Positions 60,928 to 64,000 of a stretch of DNA of 64,000 bases are shown here, piece by piece. Under the pieces are notes generated by a model. That model saw only the letters and a list, made by a program, of their open reading frames with translations. It was not told the origin of the DNA and did not search any database. Position 1 is the first letter of the stretch. Each line of letters starts with the position of its first letter. This stretch comes from Haliotis rufescens. Lineage: Eukaryota. Location of the stretch: assembly GCF_023055435.1 (NCBI RefSeq), contig NW_025964372.1, positions 23,312,001 to 23,376,000 of the forward strand, read 5' to 3'. Made by a program: the position numbers and the translations under genes.

Positions 60928-62999
60928 GATCTATGCTTTGGCAATGTCGCTGTGTAGGCACGTGCCGTTTGTCATCGAATGGCAGTCCTTATGTAAATTC
61001 AAGGGAGTAAAGAAATGATAAATATTCTGCAGGAAATGTTCCTAACGCTTGTTGAAAAAAAATTCAAATAATTGTTTCTTGTCAATAAGTACAAAATATT
61101 TTCACCACACTGTGGCCATGAACTTGTGTGTATGTTTTTTTTTCTGATATAACATCACAATTCAAATATTTGAATTTTGAATTTATTTCACTTCTGTTCA
61201 TTTTTTCTCGATTCTTAATAGCTTATAATTTATTTTGCATGTACAATGAATACTAATACGAGACAATATTAGAGTATTGAAATAATACTTAAAAATACAT
61301 TTTTATAGAAATGAACAACAAAGATCAAAATGTGTACTAATATTCAATCATTCAATCTTTCCAAAGAATAATGTTTTATACATTCTTCCACTGATATCCG
61401 ACATACTCCTCCTTTTCATTCTCGGGCATCTTTGGTCTTGTTCTCTGAATAACAAAATTGGACGTCGCAACCGGAAAACGTCTATGATTAACACCCCAAA
61501 CCCTCAACCCCAAAACGGATGGCAATGTAACAGTAATATTGTTAAAATCAGCATTTCTGTTAACTTGCTTACTAACTCGCGTGTGCCCTCGTACAATCAT
61601 GAACACAACTGGCACAGCAGTTTGTGTCAAATGTCAACCAAATAGTTGCATAACCAGCGCAAAAAAAATAATAAATAATCAGGAAGCTGTAGAATATTAT
61701 ACGATATGTTTGACAATCTGTAACGATGGGAGTTTCAGCTGTTTGTGGCTTTCCTGATCCGAAGATTACAATGACAGTTTCGCATTTTCTAAGAATTGAT
61801 CTCCCCTGTGGATTACAAGAATCCTGTTGAATTAGTCACGTCATTTGGGTCCCTTCATTATCAGCCATGGAACGAAAATAACTGCAAAGATTTGTTAAAA
61901 ACTAAGTTCATTCCAATTTCTTCATATCCAATTCTATTTTTTAACAGTTCGTTCAAAAATGGAGATCCGTAATTATTGTTTCGATATTTTACCCTAGGGC
62001 TGACTGTGTCCTTTTCTATACACGTCCCACATGCTGCTTCACAACTGTGTGAAAAGTAGGGCTGTGTGTTTATCATTAACTGATAAAATAATACTTGCTG
62101 GATGATGCACGTAAGATGGGTTTGTTGGTTCTTACATAATGTGTGATTTAAGGGAGACCATCGTCTATACAACTACTTTTATGATAAATATAGCTATCAG
62201 CGGATGAGTATTAGTGTAAACCATTTTATTTTTATAGAGTAACCGATGATATGTTTTTTTCTTCTTTGAGTAGCACTTAGAGGTGTGTGTGATGAACACG
62301 GACAAGTTCTCATTGGTAAATAGAAGTGACGAAACACATTCCCATAGTCAAAGAAACGCTGTGCTAAAAGGTGTGATACCAGGTGTTCGCGAAAGGTGTG
62401 AGCATCCTGCCCCGCCAGCACCCGTCAAACAAAACATGCAAAAACAAGTCAATTTCTCACCTGAAAGAAAACACGGGAAATATGGTACAGGTCAAATTTA
62501 GGAATTGCATCGGACACCATTGTTGTCACTAATGCCTCAAATTTGGAAATGTTTTCTACATGTCTGCTATAAAACTTTTAGAAGGCTTTGCTGTGGCCTT
62601 GAATGTTCAACAATAACACTTTTATCATCAGTTACAGCATCATTGTTTGATAAAGGTGTTAACGTCGCCTCAATTGTAATAAAGAAGTTGTTTATCTATA
62701 ACAATTTGTCCTTGTTGATTTATGTGTTCGTTAAAAACAATCGATGTTTTGACAACATATGTCGGGAAACAGGAGATAGAGTTTATATACACTGCAAACA
62801 CGAAAACGTCGTTTTTTTCCGTATATGGTCATTGGACGGAAAAACGACGTTATTTGGACGTTTTCAAACCATCGTTTTTCCGTCCAAATAACGTCGTTAT
62901 TTGACATCGGAATTTACTGGGAGAGAACGATAGCGTTAAGCTCCTCCCTTTCTTGATTGACATTGTCAATCAAGCAACAGCGTCTACCAGTATTTCTAC

Positions 63000-63165
63000 T
63001 TCTCAGATTTTATTGGTCAGTCCCCGCGTGTTAGATTACAGGCCCGCGTTTGACGCTGCACTCGAAGCGCTTAGCGGAAGCATTGAAATCAATCGTTCTG
63101 CGCATGCGGATTACTTAATGCCTTGACCAAATTTTCCGTTCTGTGCATGCGCGATTTCGCGTATT
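63000..63165. promoter_or_regulatory. Putative promoter (two NRF1-like tgcgcatgcg/tgcatgcgc sites, gcggaag, attggt)
   Basis: CpG-rich motif cluster. No linked exon identified. Confidence 0.35.
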
Positions 63166-64000
63166 GTTTCCTAGATTTAATGTCACCACTATTTGACAAT
63201 GGTTCATAAACACAGTCACGTGAAGGTTCGGAATCGTAACGAGTAACTTATTGTATGCTATATAGTCATATGGAAGTGGGCAAGAACTATACATTGTATT
63301 CCGGCCGATAGTTCTTGCATTTACTTATAAGTCAGGAAAATGGACTTATAAGGGGAGTTGTTGAATGTAATTATTTTAATTATTAAATGTTGCCTATACA
63401 CTAATCTGGACGAACTTCTCATTGTTCTGTTTATGTCATCCTATATACTATTAGTATGTTACCGTTCTAAAGTCAACCTCTCACATAACATTATATTGTT
63501 CATAGTATCAAATATCAAGAGCAGCGATTTAAAACACTGAAACACCCAAACACAAGGCTGTTATAAAGCGCTAGTGCAGACGTGATGCATCGTAAAAACT
63601 GTATCGTGATGTCTTCAGAAATACAATTATACTACGAGATAGTACGGCTAACGCTGACTCACCGGTGGAACAAAGACAATATCGCTAATACAGATATAAC
63701 GTATTTGAAGGTTAATACTAAAGACAAACAATCATTATTTTTGCAGTGACGATATAACACGTATACACGTTTATTGGTAACTTTCATCAGTTTTGCTCTT
63801 CATTTTAATAACTTTGTTTTCACATATATATGTAGCAATACCCGACAAGCATGTCATACATAATTATGGGGCAGTTTTCAATCTTGTACTGACTTACTCT
63901 AGTGTTAATGAGCGAAGTTTATTGGCTTGTGTGTAAAACCCCGTTTTTCTGGTAATCCTATTATTACTTAGTTTATTTCTATCTAATGACACCCTGTACA

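Noticed and set aside
61861-62172. 103-aa minus-strand ORF in the duplicated block
   Set aside because: The paralogous block near 39.8 kb has an in-frame stop and indels.

Overview
Eukaryotic genomic DNA, AT-rich, intron-containing and dense in repeats. The repeat types suggest a mollusc, possibly a gastropod (inference). The only confidently identified protein-coding sequence is the last two coding exons of a rhodopsin-family neuropeptide GPCR, most like the leucokinin/lymnokinin receptor (2110-2200 and 4262-4489, +), followed by a long probable 3'UTR. Its stop codon lies in the TGA-CTAG readthrough context. It is followed by a short open extension ending in a second PDZ-type C-terminus (-SSV), which is the most interesting signal in the window. 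The rest is mostly mobile DNA. There are four tRNA-headed SINE families (A, C, D, E). A fifth SINE-like family (B) has no tRNA head and starts with a potentially pseudoknotted module; A-D share a related 3' tail. Also present are decayed Tc1/mariner, L1/Tx1, CR1/L2 and I/Nimb-type LINE fragments, a rearranged Ty3/Gypsy relic, MITEs, a ~2.9-kb 28-bp minisatellite (source of the long spurious ORFs), a ~3.3/3.7-kb tandem duplication, and older dispersed duplications. Two promoter-like regions occur near 46.3 kb and 63.1 kb. There is one N gap at 27559-27689. No CRISPR, rRNA or intact tRNA gene was found.
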